The notes under the pieces were generated by a model. That model saw only the letters and a list, made by a program, of their open reading frames with translations, searched no databases and was not told where the DNA came from. A program made the position numbers and the translations under genes. A DNA stretch of 32,000 bases. It comes from Xylanibacter ruminicola 23. Lineage in GTDB: Bacteria > Bacteroidota > Bacteroidia > Bacteroidales > Bacteroidaceae. Shown one piece after another: positions 23,415-32,000 of this stretch; position 1 is the first letter of the stretch, and the number at the start of each line of letters is the position of its first letter. The stretch covers positions 840,001 through 872,000 of the forward strand of contig NC_014033.1 of the NCBI RefSeq assembly GCF_000025925.1, read 5' to 3'.

Positions 23415-23483
23415 CAACGGACAACAGGACTGAAAGAAAAAATCCTCGCGATAAAATAATCCTAAAGTCCTGTAGTCCGTTGC
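23414..23483 (+). repeat. 18-bp-stem inverted repeat (one mismatch) with 34-nt loop in the leuC-leuD spacer
   Basis: gcaacggacaacaggact (23414-23431) pairs with agtcctgtagtccgttgc (23466-23483). It is followed by an A-rich rather than T-rich tract, so it is not a canonical terminator on either strand. Confidence 0.8.
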
Positions 23484-23499
23484 AAAAAAACAAAAAAAG

Positions 23500-24096
23500 A
23501 TGAAACAGAAATTCAATGTAATAACAAGTACGTGTATTCCGCTTCCGATGGAGAATGTGGATACCGACCAGATAATACCCGCCCGATTCCTGAAGGCCAC
23601 CACACGCGAAGAGAAATTCTTTGGCGACAACCTGTTTCGCGACTGGCGATACAACGCCGATGGCACGCTGAACAACGACTTTGTGCTTAACAATCCCAAG
23701 TACTCGGGCTGCATCCTGGTGGCAGGCAAGAACTTTGGTTCGGGTAGTAGTCGCGAACACGCTGCGTGGGCCATCGCAGGCTACGGCTTCCGTGTGGTTA
23801 TCAGCAGTTTCTTTGCCGATATCCATAAGAACAACGAGCTGAACAACTTTGTGCTGCCCGTGGTGGTGAGCGAGGCGTTTCTGGCTGAACTCTTTGCCAG
23901 CATCGATGCTGATGCCAAGACCGAAGTAGAGGTGGATCTGCCCAACCAGACGGTAACCAACAAGGCTACCGGGCGCAGCGAGCACTTCGACATTAACGCT
24001 TACAAGAAGCATTGTCTGATGAACGGATTAGACGATATCGACTTCTTGGTGGAGAACAAACAGAAAACAGAACAATGGGAACAAGCGAACAAGTAA
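23500..24096 (+). CDS. leuD: 3-isopropylmalate dehydratase small subunit
   Basis: 198 aa. ..DTDQIIPARFLK.., GKNFGSGSSREHAAWA (aconitase swivel-domain motifs). Confidence 0.92.
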   Translation: MKQKFNVITSTCIPLPMENVDTDQIIPARFLKATTREEKFFGDNLFRDWRYNADGTLNNDFVLNNPKYSGCILVAGKNFGSGSSREHAAWAIAGYGFRVVISSFFADIHKNNELNNFVLPVVVSEAFLAELFASIDADAKTEVEVDLPNQTVTNKATGRSEHFDINAYKKHCLMNGLDDIDFLVENKQKTEQWEQANK

Positions 24097-25649
24097 ACAA
24101 ATTCAAGCGTGTAAAGCCCTTTGTGGAGATTATGGACTCTACGCTGCGCGATGGTGAGCAAACCAGCGGCGTATCGTTTCTGCCCCACGAAAAGCTGATG
24201 ATGGCCCGCATGCTGCTGAACGATCTGAATGTGGATCGTATCGAAGTGGCATCGGCCCGTGTGAGCGAGGGCGAACGCGAGGCGGTAAGCATGATTTGTC
24301 GCTATGCCTCACGTATCGATGCTCTCGAAAGGGTAGAGGTGCTGGGCTTTATCGATGGCGGCAAAAGCATCGACTGGGCTGCTGAGTGCGGTTGTAAAAC
24401 CGTGAATCTGTTGGCCAAAGGCTCGCTGAAGCATTGTACCCAGCAGTTGCAGAAAACACCCGACGAGCACATAGAGGATATCCATCGCGAGGTGCGTTAT
24501 GCCCACGAAAAAGGCATTACCGTTAACCTGTATCTGGAGGATTGGAGCAACGGTATGAACGAGTCGCCCACCTACGTTTACAAGCTGATGGATGCGCTGT
24601 GCGATGTGGGTATCCGACGCTTTATGCTGCCCGATACCTTGGGTATCATGAACCCGCTGCAGTGTATCGAGTACTTCCGCAAAATGCTGAAGCGTTATCC
24701 CGATACGCACTTCGATTTCCACGCCCATAACGATTACGATCTGGCGGTATCGAACTCGTTGGCTGCTGTGCTGAGTGGTGCCAAAGGTCTGCACGTAACG
24801 GTGAACGGACTGGGTGAGCGTTGTGGTAATGCACCGCTGTCGAGTGTGCAGGTAATTCTGAAGGACCAGTTTAATGCCCGCACTAATATCCGCGAGGACA
24901 AACTGAACGACATCTCGCGTATGGTTGAGAGCTATAGTGGTATTGCCGTAGCACCTAATCAGCCTATCATCGGCGATAACGTGTTTACCCAGGTGGCTGG
25001 TGTGCATGCCGATGGCGACAAGAAGGATAACCTGTATTGCAACGCTTTGGTGCCAGAGCGATTCGGTAGAAAGCGCGAATATGCCCTTGGTAAGAATAGC
25101 GGTAAAGCTAACATCGCCAAGAATCTGGAAGAACTCGGTTTGGAGCTCACACCTGAGCAGACCAAACGTGTAACCCTGCGTATTACCGAACTGGGCGACA
25201 AGAAAGAGATTGTAACGCAGGAGGATCTGCCATTCATCGTGAGCGACGTGCTGAAACACGATGCACCAGAGGATAAAGTTAAGTTGGTAAGTTATGTAGT
25301 ATCAACGGCTTATGGCTTGAAACCTGGAGCAAATATAAAGGTGGAGATTAACGGACAGGCGTACGAGGCTTCGGCTACTGGTGACGGTCAGTACGACGCT
25401 TTCGTAAAGTCGTTGCGCTATATCTATAAGAAGTATCTCGGACGTACGTTCCCCATCCTGCAGAACTACGCTGTTACCATCCCGCCTGGCGGACGAACCG
25501 ATGCGTTGGTACAGACCGTGATTACCTGGAATGATAACGGCAAAATCCTCCGCACCCGCGGACTGGATGCCGACCAGACCGAAGCGGCCATCAAGGCTAC
25601 CTTCAAGATGCTGAACATCATCGAAGATGAACAAGAGAAAGAAATATAG
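24075..25649 (+). CDS. cimA: second LeuA-family synthase, probably (R)-citramalate synthase
   Basis: Track ORF 24012..25649. I prefer ATG 24075 (MGTSEQVNKFKRVKPFVEIMDSTLRDGEQTSGVSF), which overlaps the leuD end by 22 nt. HMGL-like barrel (HAHNDYDLAVSN) plus a LeuA-dimer C-terminal domain. The cimA assignment versus a paralogous IPMS is inferred from operon position. Confidence 0.75.
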   Translation: MGTSEQVNKFKRVKPFVEIMDSTLRDGEQTSGVSFLPHEKLMMARMLLNDLNVDRIEVASARVSEGEREAVSMICRYASRIDALERVEVLGFIDGGKSIDWAAECGCKTVNLLAKGSLKHCTQQLQKTPDEHIEDIHREVRYAHEKGITVNLYLEDWSNGMNESPTYVYKLMDALCDVGIRRFMLPDTLGIMNPLQCIEYFRKMLKRYPDTHFDFHAHNDYDLAVSNSLAAVLSGAKGLHVTVNGLGERCGNAPLSSVQVILKDQFNARTNIREDKLNDISRMVESYSGIAVAPNQPIIGDNVFTQVAGVHADGDKKDNLYCNALVPERFGRKREYALGKNSGKANIAKNLEELGLELTPEQTKRVTLRITELGDKKEIVTQEDLPFIVSDVLKHDAPEDKVKLVSYVVSTAYGLKPGANIKVEINGQAYEASATGDGQYDAFVKSLRYIYKKYLGRTFPILQNYAVTIPPGGRTDALVQTVITWNDNGKILRTRGLDADQTEAAIKATFKMLNIIEDEQEKEI

Positions 25650-25670
25650 TTGAAAAAACGAAATGGAATT

Positions 25671-26732
25671 ATGAAATTAAAGATTGCTGTATTAGAGGGC
25701 GACGGAATAGGCCCAGAGATTATGAAACAAGGTGTGGCTGTGATGGATGCAATTGCCGCTAAGTTCGGTCACGAGTTTGAATATACCCCTGCTATCTGTG
25801 GTGCTCATGCCATCGAAGAGGTGGGCGATCCTTACCCCGACAGCACCCACGAGGTATGTATGCAGGCCGACGCTGTGCTGTTTGCTGCTGTTGGCTCGCT
25901 GAAGTTCGACAACGATCCTACCGCTAAGATACGTCCTGAGACAGGTTTGCTGGCCATGCGTAAGAAGTTGGGTTTGTTTGCCAACGTGCGCCCTGTGGCT
26001 ACTTTCGATTGTCTGCTGCACAAGTCGCCATTGAAAGAAGAGCTCCTGAAGGGTGCCGACTTTGTGGTGATTCGCGAGTTGACTGGCGGTATGTATTTCG
26101 GTGCCAAGTATCAGGATAACGATCAGGCCTACGATACCAATATCTACACCCGTCCTGAGGTGGAGCGCATCCTGAAAGTGGGCTTCGAGATGGCAATGAC
26201 CCGTAAGAAGCATCTGACTGTGGTTGATAAGGCTAACGTGCTTGCATCGAGCCGTTTGTGGCGCCAGATAGCCAAGGAGATGGAGTCGCAGTATCCCGAG
26301 GTTACTACCGATTACATGTTTATCGATAATGCCTCGATGCGTGTGCTCACAGAGCCCCGTTACTTCGATGTGATTGTTACCGAGAATACCTTTGGTGATA
26401 TCCTGACCGACGAGACCAGCTGTATTACTGGTTCGATGGGCTTGCAGCCTTCGTCGTCATTAGGCGAGCACACACCGCTGTTCGAGCCCGTTCATGGTTC
26501 GTGGCCACAGGCTGCCGGTCAGAATCTGGCTAACCCAATCGCTCAGATTCTCTCAGCAGCCATGCTGCTGGAGCACTTCGGACTGAACGAAGAGGGCGCC
26601 CTGATTCGTAAGGCTGTTACCGCCTCGCTCGATGCCAACGTGCGCACCCCTGAGATTCAGGTCGAGGGTGGCGAGAAATACGGCACAACCGAAGTAGGAG
26701 AGTGGATTGTAAATTACATTAAGAATGCGTAA
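25671..26732 (+). CDS. leuB: 3-isopropylmalate dehydrogenase
   Basis: Track ORF from TTG 25650. ATG 25671 gives the canonical [17 protein letters not shown]. Also [25 protein letters not shown]. Confidence 0.92.
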   Translation: MKLKIAVLEGDGIGPEIMKQGVAVMDAIAAKFGHEFEYTPAICGAHAIEEVGDPYPDSTHEVCMQADAVLFAAVGSLKFDNDPTAKIRPETGLLAMRKKLGLFANVRPVATFDCLLHKSPLKEELLKGADFVVIRELTGGMYFGAKYQDNDQAYDTNIYTRPEVERILKVGFEMAMTRKKHLTVVDKANVLASSRLWRQIAKEMESQYPEVTTDYMFIDNASMRVLTEPRYFDVIVTENTFGDILTDETSCITGSMGLQPSSSLGEHTPLFEPVHGSWPQAAGQNLANPIAQILSAAMLLEHFGLNEEGALIRKAVTASLDANVRTPEIQVEGGEKYGTTEVGEWIVNYIKNA

Positions 26733-27393
26733 AGTTGTAATGATAGCTGCTATGTTTGTGGCGCTGGGCGCAGCTGCCCAGACGCCCAAACAATGGCGCG
26801 ATTCGGTATCGGTGCTGATAGAGCAGATAAATCTGACCCCCAATAATCTGGAACTGCGCTTGAAAAAGGCTGAGGCTAACATTAATCTGCAGCAGTACGA
26901 GTATGCCCGCGATGAATATTCGGCTGTGCTGAAGAAAGACGAGAAAAACCTGGCGGCACTTTACTTCCGTGCGTTCTGTCAGACGCAGCTGCGACAGTAT
27001 AGCTTTGCCCGTGCCGATTACGAGGCTTTCTTAGCTATCCAGCCCGAACACCTGGAGGCGCGCTTGGGTTTGGCCCACGTGCTGCAGTTGTTGGGACGAA
27101 AGACCGATGCTGCCGATGAGCTGAACCGTGCTGTACAGATGTTCCCCGACAGTACGGATGCCTATGCAGCCAGAGCGGCTTTTGAAACACAACAGGAGCA
27201 ATACGATGCAGCCCTGTACGATTGGGACGAAGCTTTACGATTGGCGCCTAAGAACGCAGAGCTGACAGCATCGAAGGTTGATGTGCTGTTGCGCTTAGGA
27301 CGTAAGAAAGAAGCTCGCGAGGCATTAGACCAAGCCGTAAAGCAAGGTACCCCGCGTGCTGCTTTACGTGAGTGGTACGATAAGTGCAAATAA
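26725..27393 (+). CDS. secreted tetratricopeptide-repeat (TPR) protein
   Basis: 222 aa. Signal peptide [19 protein letters not shown], then repeated 34-aa A/Y/L-patterned units (..[26 protein letters not shown].., ..[21 protein letters not shown]..). Its ATG overlaps the leuB stop (ATGCGTAA). Confidence 0.8.
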   Translation: MRKVVMIAAMFVALGAAAQTPKQWRDSVSVLIEQINLTPNNLELRLKKAEANINLQQYEYARDEYSAVLKKDEKNLAALYFRAFCQTQLRQYSFARADYEAFLAIQPEHLEARLGLAHVLQLLGRKTDAADELNRAVQMFPDSTDAYAARAAFETQQEQYDAALYDWDEALRLAPKNAELTASKVDVLLRLGRKKEAREALDQAVKQGTPRAALREWYDKCK

Positions 27394-27400
27394 AATAATA

Positions 27401-27430
27401 AAGCCCACCAAATTTGGCGGGCTTCATTAT
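27401..27430. terminator. bidirectional terminator between the TPR gene and the convergent uxuB
   Basis: aagcccacc (27401-27409) / ggcgggctt (27416-27424), 9 bp with one mismatch, with AT/T-rich flanks on both strands. Confidence 0.55.
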
Positions 27431-27448
27431 TATTAGGGCCTTTTTATT

Positions 27449-29035
27449 TTATCTAGCAGAAACGTATTTGTGCAGTGTGGCGCGAACGGCACCATTACCA
27501 GCAAACAGTTCCTTAACCATTCCCTCGATCTGCTCGCCCAAACCAGCCTCGTACAGGTCGAGACCAAACACGTCCTTGCGGCTGTAGAGAGTCTTCAGGC
27601 AGCTCCAATCCTGATCGGCCTTACCAATCTGCAATGGAGCAACGATAGCCTGCAGTTCATCGAGCATGGGGTCGGGTGAACAATCAAAGGCTGTACCATC
27701 ATCCTTGATACCCTTCAGGTAGCGGGCGTAACCAGCCAGTGTGAGAGGGATGAGTACCAGATTGCTCTTATCCAAACCGCGAGCTATGTACTTCTTCAGA
27801 GTCTCACCAAAGCGGATAGGCAGCTTCTGACTGGTATCCATAGCGATACGCTGTGGGGCATCGGGCATGAATGGGTTTGGCAAACGGCGATTGATAACAG
27901 CGCCGATAAACTCGTAGGGGTTCAGCACACCTGGATCAACTACTACTGGCATAGCCTCGATATAACCCAGCTTCTGAACGAATGGGCGCAGGTCCTCGTC
28001 GGCCATCTCGGCAGAAATCAGTGTGTAGCCCAGCATGCAGCCATAGATACTCATGGCGGTGTGCAGTGGGTTCAGACAGGTGGTAACCTTCATGGTCTCT
28101 ACCTTATCAACGGTTTCGCGAGTGGTGTAGAGTGCACCGCCCAGATCCAATGGTGGACGACCGTTGGTGTAGTTATCCTCGATAACGAGATACTGCACCT
28201 CCTCGGCATTTACGAATGGAGCGGTGAAGGTGTGCTTCTCGGTCTCGATGTAGTTGTTGTCGTCGAAACCATCAGCAGCCAGCATCTCCTTTACCTTCTC
28301 GTGTGGACGAGGGGTAATCTTATCAATCATCGACCAAGGGAAGGTAATCTTCTTCTCATCCTTCAGATAGTCGAGGAAGGCAGCGGGTACCAATCCGTCC
28401 TTCACCCAACGCTCGGCATAAGCAAATACACCAGCCTTTACCTTATCGCCGTTGTGCGAGCAGTTGTCCATGCTCTGGACGGTGAGAGGCATCTGTCCGG
28501 CGTTGAAACGCTCGAGCAACAGGGCGCAAACCTTACCCATAGCGAATACAGGCTTCAGTCCGCGAGCCAGGTCGGCCTCGTTGTAGGTGTAACCTTTCTC
28601 GGTGATGGTGAACGAAATCATCTGCAATGATGGGTTCTTGAAGATCTCAACCAGGCGGTTCCAATCCTCAAACTGTGGGTCGGCCTTCAGGGCTTCGGTT
28701 ACGCTGGCAATCACCTTCTTCTCGATAGAACCGTCTGAGCAGAGGTTCACACAGAGCGAAAGGTTGTTATAGGGGGCATAAGCCTTATCGATGACCTCGA
28801 AGTCGAAAGTCTCGGCTACAATCACACCGCGATCGTACTTACCTGTGTTCAGTGCGTCGTTCAGGATGGCAGCAGGGAAAGCACGGAAGATGTTTCCGCC
28901 ACCGAAGTGTACCCATGTGGGCTCCTTGGCTGTCTTTTCGCGTACAGCCTTGATATCAAACTTAGGAAGCTGGTAGCCCTTAGCTTCCCACTCTGCGGCA
29001 TTTAACTGTCCGCTCAGTATATCGTTTAATTTCAT
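27449..29035 (-). CDS. uxuB: mannitol-dehydrogenase-family oxidoreductase, probable D-mannonate (fructuronate) oxidoreductase
   Basis: 528 aa. ..TWVHFGGGNIFRAF.. (N-terminal Rossmann region of the long-chain mannitol DH family), located 9 nt downstream of uxuA. Distinguishing uxuB from uxaB rests on context only. Confidence 0.75.
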   Translation of the reverse strand: MKLNDILSGQLNAAEWEAKGYQLPKFDIKAVREKTAKEPTWVHFGGGNIFRAFPAAILNDALNTGKYDRGVIVAETFDFEVIDKAYAPYNNLSLCVNLCSDGSIEKKVIASVTEALKADPQFEDWNRLVEIFKNPSLQMISFTITEKGYTYNEADLARGLKPVFAMGKVCALLLERFNAGQMPLTVQSMDNCSHNGDKVKAGVFAYAERWVKDGLVPAAFLDYLKDEKKITFPWSMIDKITPRPHEKVKEMLAADGFDDNNYIETEKHTFTAPFVNAEEVQYLVIEDNYTNGRPPLDLGGALYTTRETVDKVETMKVTTCLNPLHTAMSIYGCMLGYTLISAEMADEDLRPFVQKLGYIEAMPVVVDPGVLNPYEFIGAVINRRLPNPFMPDAPQRIAMDTSQKLPIRFGETLKKYIARGLDKSNLVLIPLTLAGYARYLKGIKDDGTAFDCSPDPMLDELQAIVAPLQIGKADQDWSCLKTLYSRKDVFGLDLYEAGLGEQIEGMVKELFAGNGAVRATLHKYVSAR

Positions 29036-29044
29036 AATTATTAT

Positions 29045-30298
29045 TTAATCAAAGAATCCGGGTTGTTTGTATTCGATGCCTAATTCGCGATCAACGGTGG
29101 CGAGGATACCCTGTACCTGACCGAGGGCGAACATACGACCCAGGAGGGTGTAACCGGCATTGTGACCGTGACTGCTCTCGTCCATAATACCACCAGGCTC
29201 ATCGGTAAAGGTCATACCATGATCCACACGCATGGGCAGAGCAGGATTCTCCTTCTCGAAGATACGGCACAGCTCAATCAGATCGGCACGACCGCCCAGG
29301 TGAGAGGCCTCAGTAAAGTCGCCATTGGGGAAGATGTGGCACGAACGCAGGTGAACGAAGTGTGTGCGAGAGGCAAACTTCTTAGCCAACTCAACCACAT
29401 TGTTATAAGCGCCTGCAGAGAGCGAACCAGCACAGAAGGTGAGTCCGTTATGCTTGTTGGGAACAGCATCCAGGAACCACTGGATATCCTCCTCGGTACG
29501 AACGATACGTGGCAAGCCCAGAATCTCGATAGGGGGATCGTCGGGGTGAACACACATGTTCATGTTGCACTCCTCGCAAACAGGCATGATAGCCTCGAGG
29601 AAGTACTTCATGTTGGCACGCAGCTTAGCCTTGTCGATGCCCTTATACAGGTCGAGGAACTCGCGGAACTTCTGTACAGGAGCCTCGTCGTTCTCGCTGA
29701 AGTTACCTGATACAAAGCCCTGAGTCTTAATCACAATATTCTCTACCAGCTTGTGGTCCTTCTCGGGTGTCATGGTCTTAGCCAGCTCGTCGCACTCGGC
29801 GATGACGCTGCGGCCCTGGCCCCATCCCTCGGGGAACTGGAACTTCTCCCATTCCTCGCGAGCGCCTGGACGCTTCAGGATATAGATGTCGAAATAAGCA
29901 AATTCGGCATAGTTGAAATAGAGGTTAGTGGCACCGTTGGGGTTGTCGTGGAACAAGTCGGTGCGGGCCCAGTCGAGTACGGGCATGAAGTTGTAGCAGA
30001 TACAGTGGATACCTTCGGCAGCGAGGTTACGCAGACTCTCTTTGTAAACCTCGATCTGGTGATCGCGATCGGGACCGCCGTATTTGATTGTTTCAACAAC
30101 GGGTAGCGATTCTACTACGCTCCAGCGCATGCCGTAGCTCTCGATGTACTCGCGCAGGTCGCGAATCTTCTCACGAGTCCAAACCTCGCCAAGGGGTACA
30201 TCGTGCAGGGCGGTAACAATGCCCTCAACACCGATTTGTCTGAGTTGTGCAAGAGTAATCTTATCCTTCTTGCCAAACCATCTCCATGTTCTTTCCAT
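29045..30298 (-). CDS. uxuA: mannonate dehydratase
   Basis: 417 aa. MERTWRWFGKKDKITLAQLRQIGVEGIVTALHDVPLGEVW parallels E. coli UxuA [33 protein letters not shown].GEVW. Confidence 0.92.
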   Translation of the reverse strand: MERTWRWFGKKDKITLAQLRQIGVEGIVTALHDVPLGEVWTREKIRDLREYIESYGMRWSVVESLPVVETIKYGGPDRDHQIEVYKESLRNLAAEGIHCICYNFMPVLDWARTDLFHDNPNGATNLYFNYAEFAYFDIYILKRPGAREEWEKFQFPEGWGQGRSVIAECDELAKTMTPEKDHKLVENIVIKTQGFVSGNFSENDEAPVQKFREFLDLYKGIDKAKLRANMKYFLEAIMPVCEECNMNMCVHPDDPPIEILGLPRIVRTEEDIQWFLDAVPNKHNGLTFCAGSLSAGAYNNVVELAKKFASRTHFVHLRSCHIFPNGDFTEASHLGGRADLIELCRIFEKENPALPMRVDHGMTFTDEPGGIMDESSHGHNAGYTLLGRMFALGQVQGILATVDRELGIEYKQPGFFD

Positions 30299-30338
30299 AA
30301 TTAGTTATTATTTTGATTTGCTATATTTTTTGATGCTG

Positions 30339-30346
30339 CAAAATTA
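30339..30346 (-). promoter_or_regulatory. -7 promoter box (TAATTTTG) for uxuA-uxuB
   Basis: Plus-strand caaaatta, ~40 nt upstream of ATG 30298. Confidence 0.5.
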
Positions 30347-30380
30347 CGCATTTATTGGTAAATGAGGTTGTGTTTTTAGC

Positions 30381-31847
30381 TCATTTCTTTGTTGATTTGT
30401 ACTTTTTTAGCTTATTTCCCATGATTAGATCGCGAAAATCGTATGGTTTGCTACCGTTAGGTGCTATAGTAGAGGGGATGCTGGCTGCTTCGCCCTCCAT
30501 ACCGTAGCGGTTCATGGCCGTAACGGCGTAATACAAGGTGCGACCCTTATGGGGTACGGTAATCGATAAATCACGCTGACGGGTAGCAATCAGGTTTTCG
30601 GGATTGTTCACATCCACGGGAAGTGTTTCTGAGGCATAGACATTATATAATAGATAGTCGGCACCCGAATAGTCGGTAGCCTTCTGCCACGATATCATAT
30701 CGTTGATCATACCGCGTTTCATCTGCAAATGGTTAACTGCCGAAGGCGCTTGCTTGCCTGCCCACGTCATAGGTGGAATCAAGGCTGGCACCATATTAAA
30801 GTCGCAGGTAAAATCGTAGATACCTTTGGTATTGTCGGTAAAGAACTTACTGCGGAAGAAGGTGTGCCCCAGTCCCAAGTCGCGTAGCACATTCATCTCG
30901 CGGGTAATCACATCCAGATTCCAGTTCTTTTCGCGGGGATGCATCATGTAAACAGCCAGGCCTGGAGCTACCATACGTCCGTAGCTATGCTCCAACCAAT
31001 CTACCGCAAAGGGGAAGAAGTTATTGCCCTGAAAATACATCATCGGGAACAGGGCATCCATCAGTCCGTCGCGCAGCCAACCTTGGGCATCCTGACAGAC
31101 GGTAGTGTTTGCATTCCAACCCGAGCTTTTGTAACGAGTTAGGTCGTCGTATTTTCCTATAGGCGAGCAAGATAGCTTAATCCATGGTTTTAAACCTTTA
31201 ACTGCACGATTAATCTTGCGAACGATGTCGGTAATGTACTGTCGACCTTGTGGACGCGACACCTTCAGCTTCCAGGTTTCGGGGTAGCGGATGTAATCCA
31301 GATGGATGCCATCTACATCGTAATTGCGGGTAACTTCGGCACAGAACTGGGCCAAATAATCGCCCGTTTGTGGCTTTTCGGGATCCATATATCCCTCGTC
31401 GCCAATCTTACGAATCAGCGATGGGTATTTCTGTCGGAGCTGCTTACAGCCTGTACCGTTCCATTTTCCAACGGGGATGGTAACAATCCAAGCGTGGCAC
31501 TCCATACCGCGACGATGGCACTCGTTAATGCAGAACTGCAGCGGGTCGTAACCAGGCGATTTACCAGGATGACCGGTAATACAACCGTCCCAAGGCTCAG
31601 TGGTGGTTGGGAAAATAGTGGTGGCACGTACGCGGGTTTGTATCAGTACGGTATTGATACCAGCCTGCTGCAGTTGGTCGAGAATCGAAATCAACTCGCG
31701 CTGCTGGGTAGGTGTAGAGTAGGAGTGAGGCCAGTCGATACCGCCAATGGTGGTTAACCAAACGGCTCTGACTTCATGTTTTGGTGTATTCGCTTTGGTA
31801 CTTAGCACAAGTGCTAAAAGCACGAAAATATGTATAATTGTCTTCAA
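30381..31847 (-). CDS. secreted glycoside-hydrolase-like protein, GHL10 / DUF187 (YngK-like) family
   Basis: 488 aa. Signal peptide MKTIIHIFVLLALVLST. EVRAVWLTTIGGIDWP...LDQLQQAGINTVLIQTR...EPWDG.....G.SPGYDPLQF.I.ECHRRGMECHAWI is the typical N-terminal TIM-barrel block of this family. Confidence 0.78.
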   Translation of the reverse strand: MKTIIHIFVLLALVLSTKANTPKHEVRAVWLTTIGGIDWPHSYSTPTQQRELISILDQLQQAGINTVLIQTRVRATTIFPTTTEPWDGCITGHPGKSPGYDPLQFCINECHRRGMECHAWIVTIPVGKWNGTGCKQLRQKYPSLIRKIGDEGYMDPEKPQTGDYLAQFCAEVTRNYDVDGIHLDYIRYPETWKLKVSRPQGRQYITDIVRKINRAVKGLKPWIKLSCSPIGKYDDLTRYKSSGWNANTTVCQDAQGWLRDGLMDALFPMMYFQGNNFFPFAVDWLEHSYGRMVAPGLAVYMMHPREKNWNLDVITREMNVLRDLGLGHTFFRSKFFTDNTKGIYDFTCDFNMVPALIPPMTWAGKQAPSAVNHLQMKRGMINDMISWQKATDYSGADYLLYNVYASETLPVDVNNPENLIATRQRDLSITVPHKGRTLYYAVTAMNRYGMEGEAASIPSTIAPNGSKPYDFRDLIMGNKLKKYKSTKK

Positions 31848-31875
31848 AATGATATTTTTTTTGATAATTTTGGTG

Positions 31876-31883
31876 CAAAGTTA
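31876..31883 (-). promoter_or_regulatory. -7 promoter box (TAACTTTG) for the GHL10 gene
   Basis: Plus-strand caaagtta, 29 nt upstream of ATG 31847. Confidence 0.55.
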
Positions 31884-31915
31884 CTTTATTTTTTCCATTT
31901 CTCAAATAAAAACAC

Positions 31916-31923
31916 TACTTTTG
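31916..31923 (+). promoter_or_regulatory. -7 promoter box (TACTTTTG) for the gene starting at 31957
   Basis: TACTTTTG lies 34 nt upstream of ATG 31957. Confidence 0.45.
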
Positions 31924-31956
31924 CACAAAAATAATTCAAAAAATAGCTAAAGAAAG

Positions 31957-32000
31957 ATGATTTCATTTGTATTGAGTCTCGTTGCTCTTGTGATAGGCTA
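31957..32000 (+). CDS. 5' end of a membrane protein gene (first 14 codons only, MISFVLSLVALVIG..); identity not determinable (CstA-like N-terminus is a guess)
   Basis: The ATG is preceded by a -7 box, and the hydrophobic N-terminus runs off the window end. Confidence 0.35.
   Translation, partial: MISFVLSLVALVIG

Overview
The window looks like a Bacteroidales chromosome segment, probably Prevotellaceae. I infer this from TAnnTTTG -7 promoter boxes before nearly every transcription unit, an HU-like plus ~30-aa 'smalltalk'-type gene pair, and the gene content. No database search was possible. Most of the window is housekeeping: prfA (partial); a minus-strand phoH-purC-ubiE-aroE-purM operon; a VanY/M15-like peptidase plus ypfJ; rlmH plus a GH25/MORN lysozyme; a leuA-leuC-leuD-cimA-leuB(-TPR) operon; uxuA-uxuB; and a GHL10-type glycosidase. 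The leu operon is preceded by a Leu/Ile-rich 22-codon leader peptide with terminator and antiterminator pairing. Two accessory regions stand out. (1) At 2.96-7.02 kb, a 68-aa double-glycine-leader peptide gene is transcribed divergently from a C39-peptidase ABC exporter (PCAT) and a HlyD adaptor. The predicted 53-aa core is Cys-free and Thr/Asn-rich, and no modification, immunity or outer-membrane gene is present. (2) At ~7.7-11.8 kb lies a visibly AT-rich, largely decayed island. It holds a perfect 29-bp inverted repeat enclosing a perfect 52-bp pure A/T palindrome, iteron-like direct repeats, and remnants of RhuM-like, AlbA_2/HATPase_c_4-type regulator and HsdR-like genes. It also holds an orphan promoter-to-terminator unit (candidate sRNA). 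The only two intact genes in the island are a metallophosphoesterase followed by a small protein with a PD-x12-DxK nuclease signature, a candidate two-gene defence or toxin module. A further oddity is tandem heptanucleotide repeats (TAAACAT/ATGTTTA and TTCAATN) placed exactly at gene junctions in four places. No rRNA, intact tRNA, CRISPR array or intact transposase/integrase was seen. All product calls come from motif recognition by eye and need homology searches.
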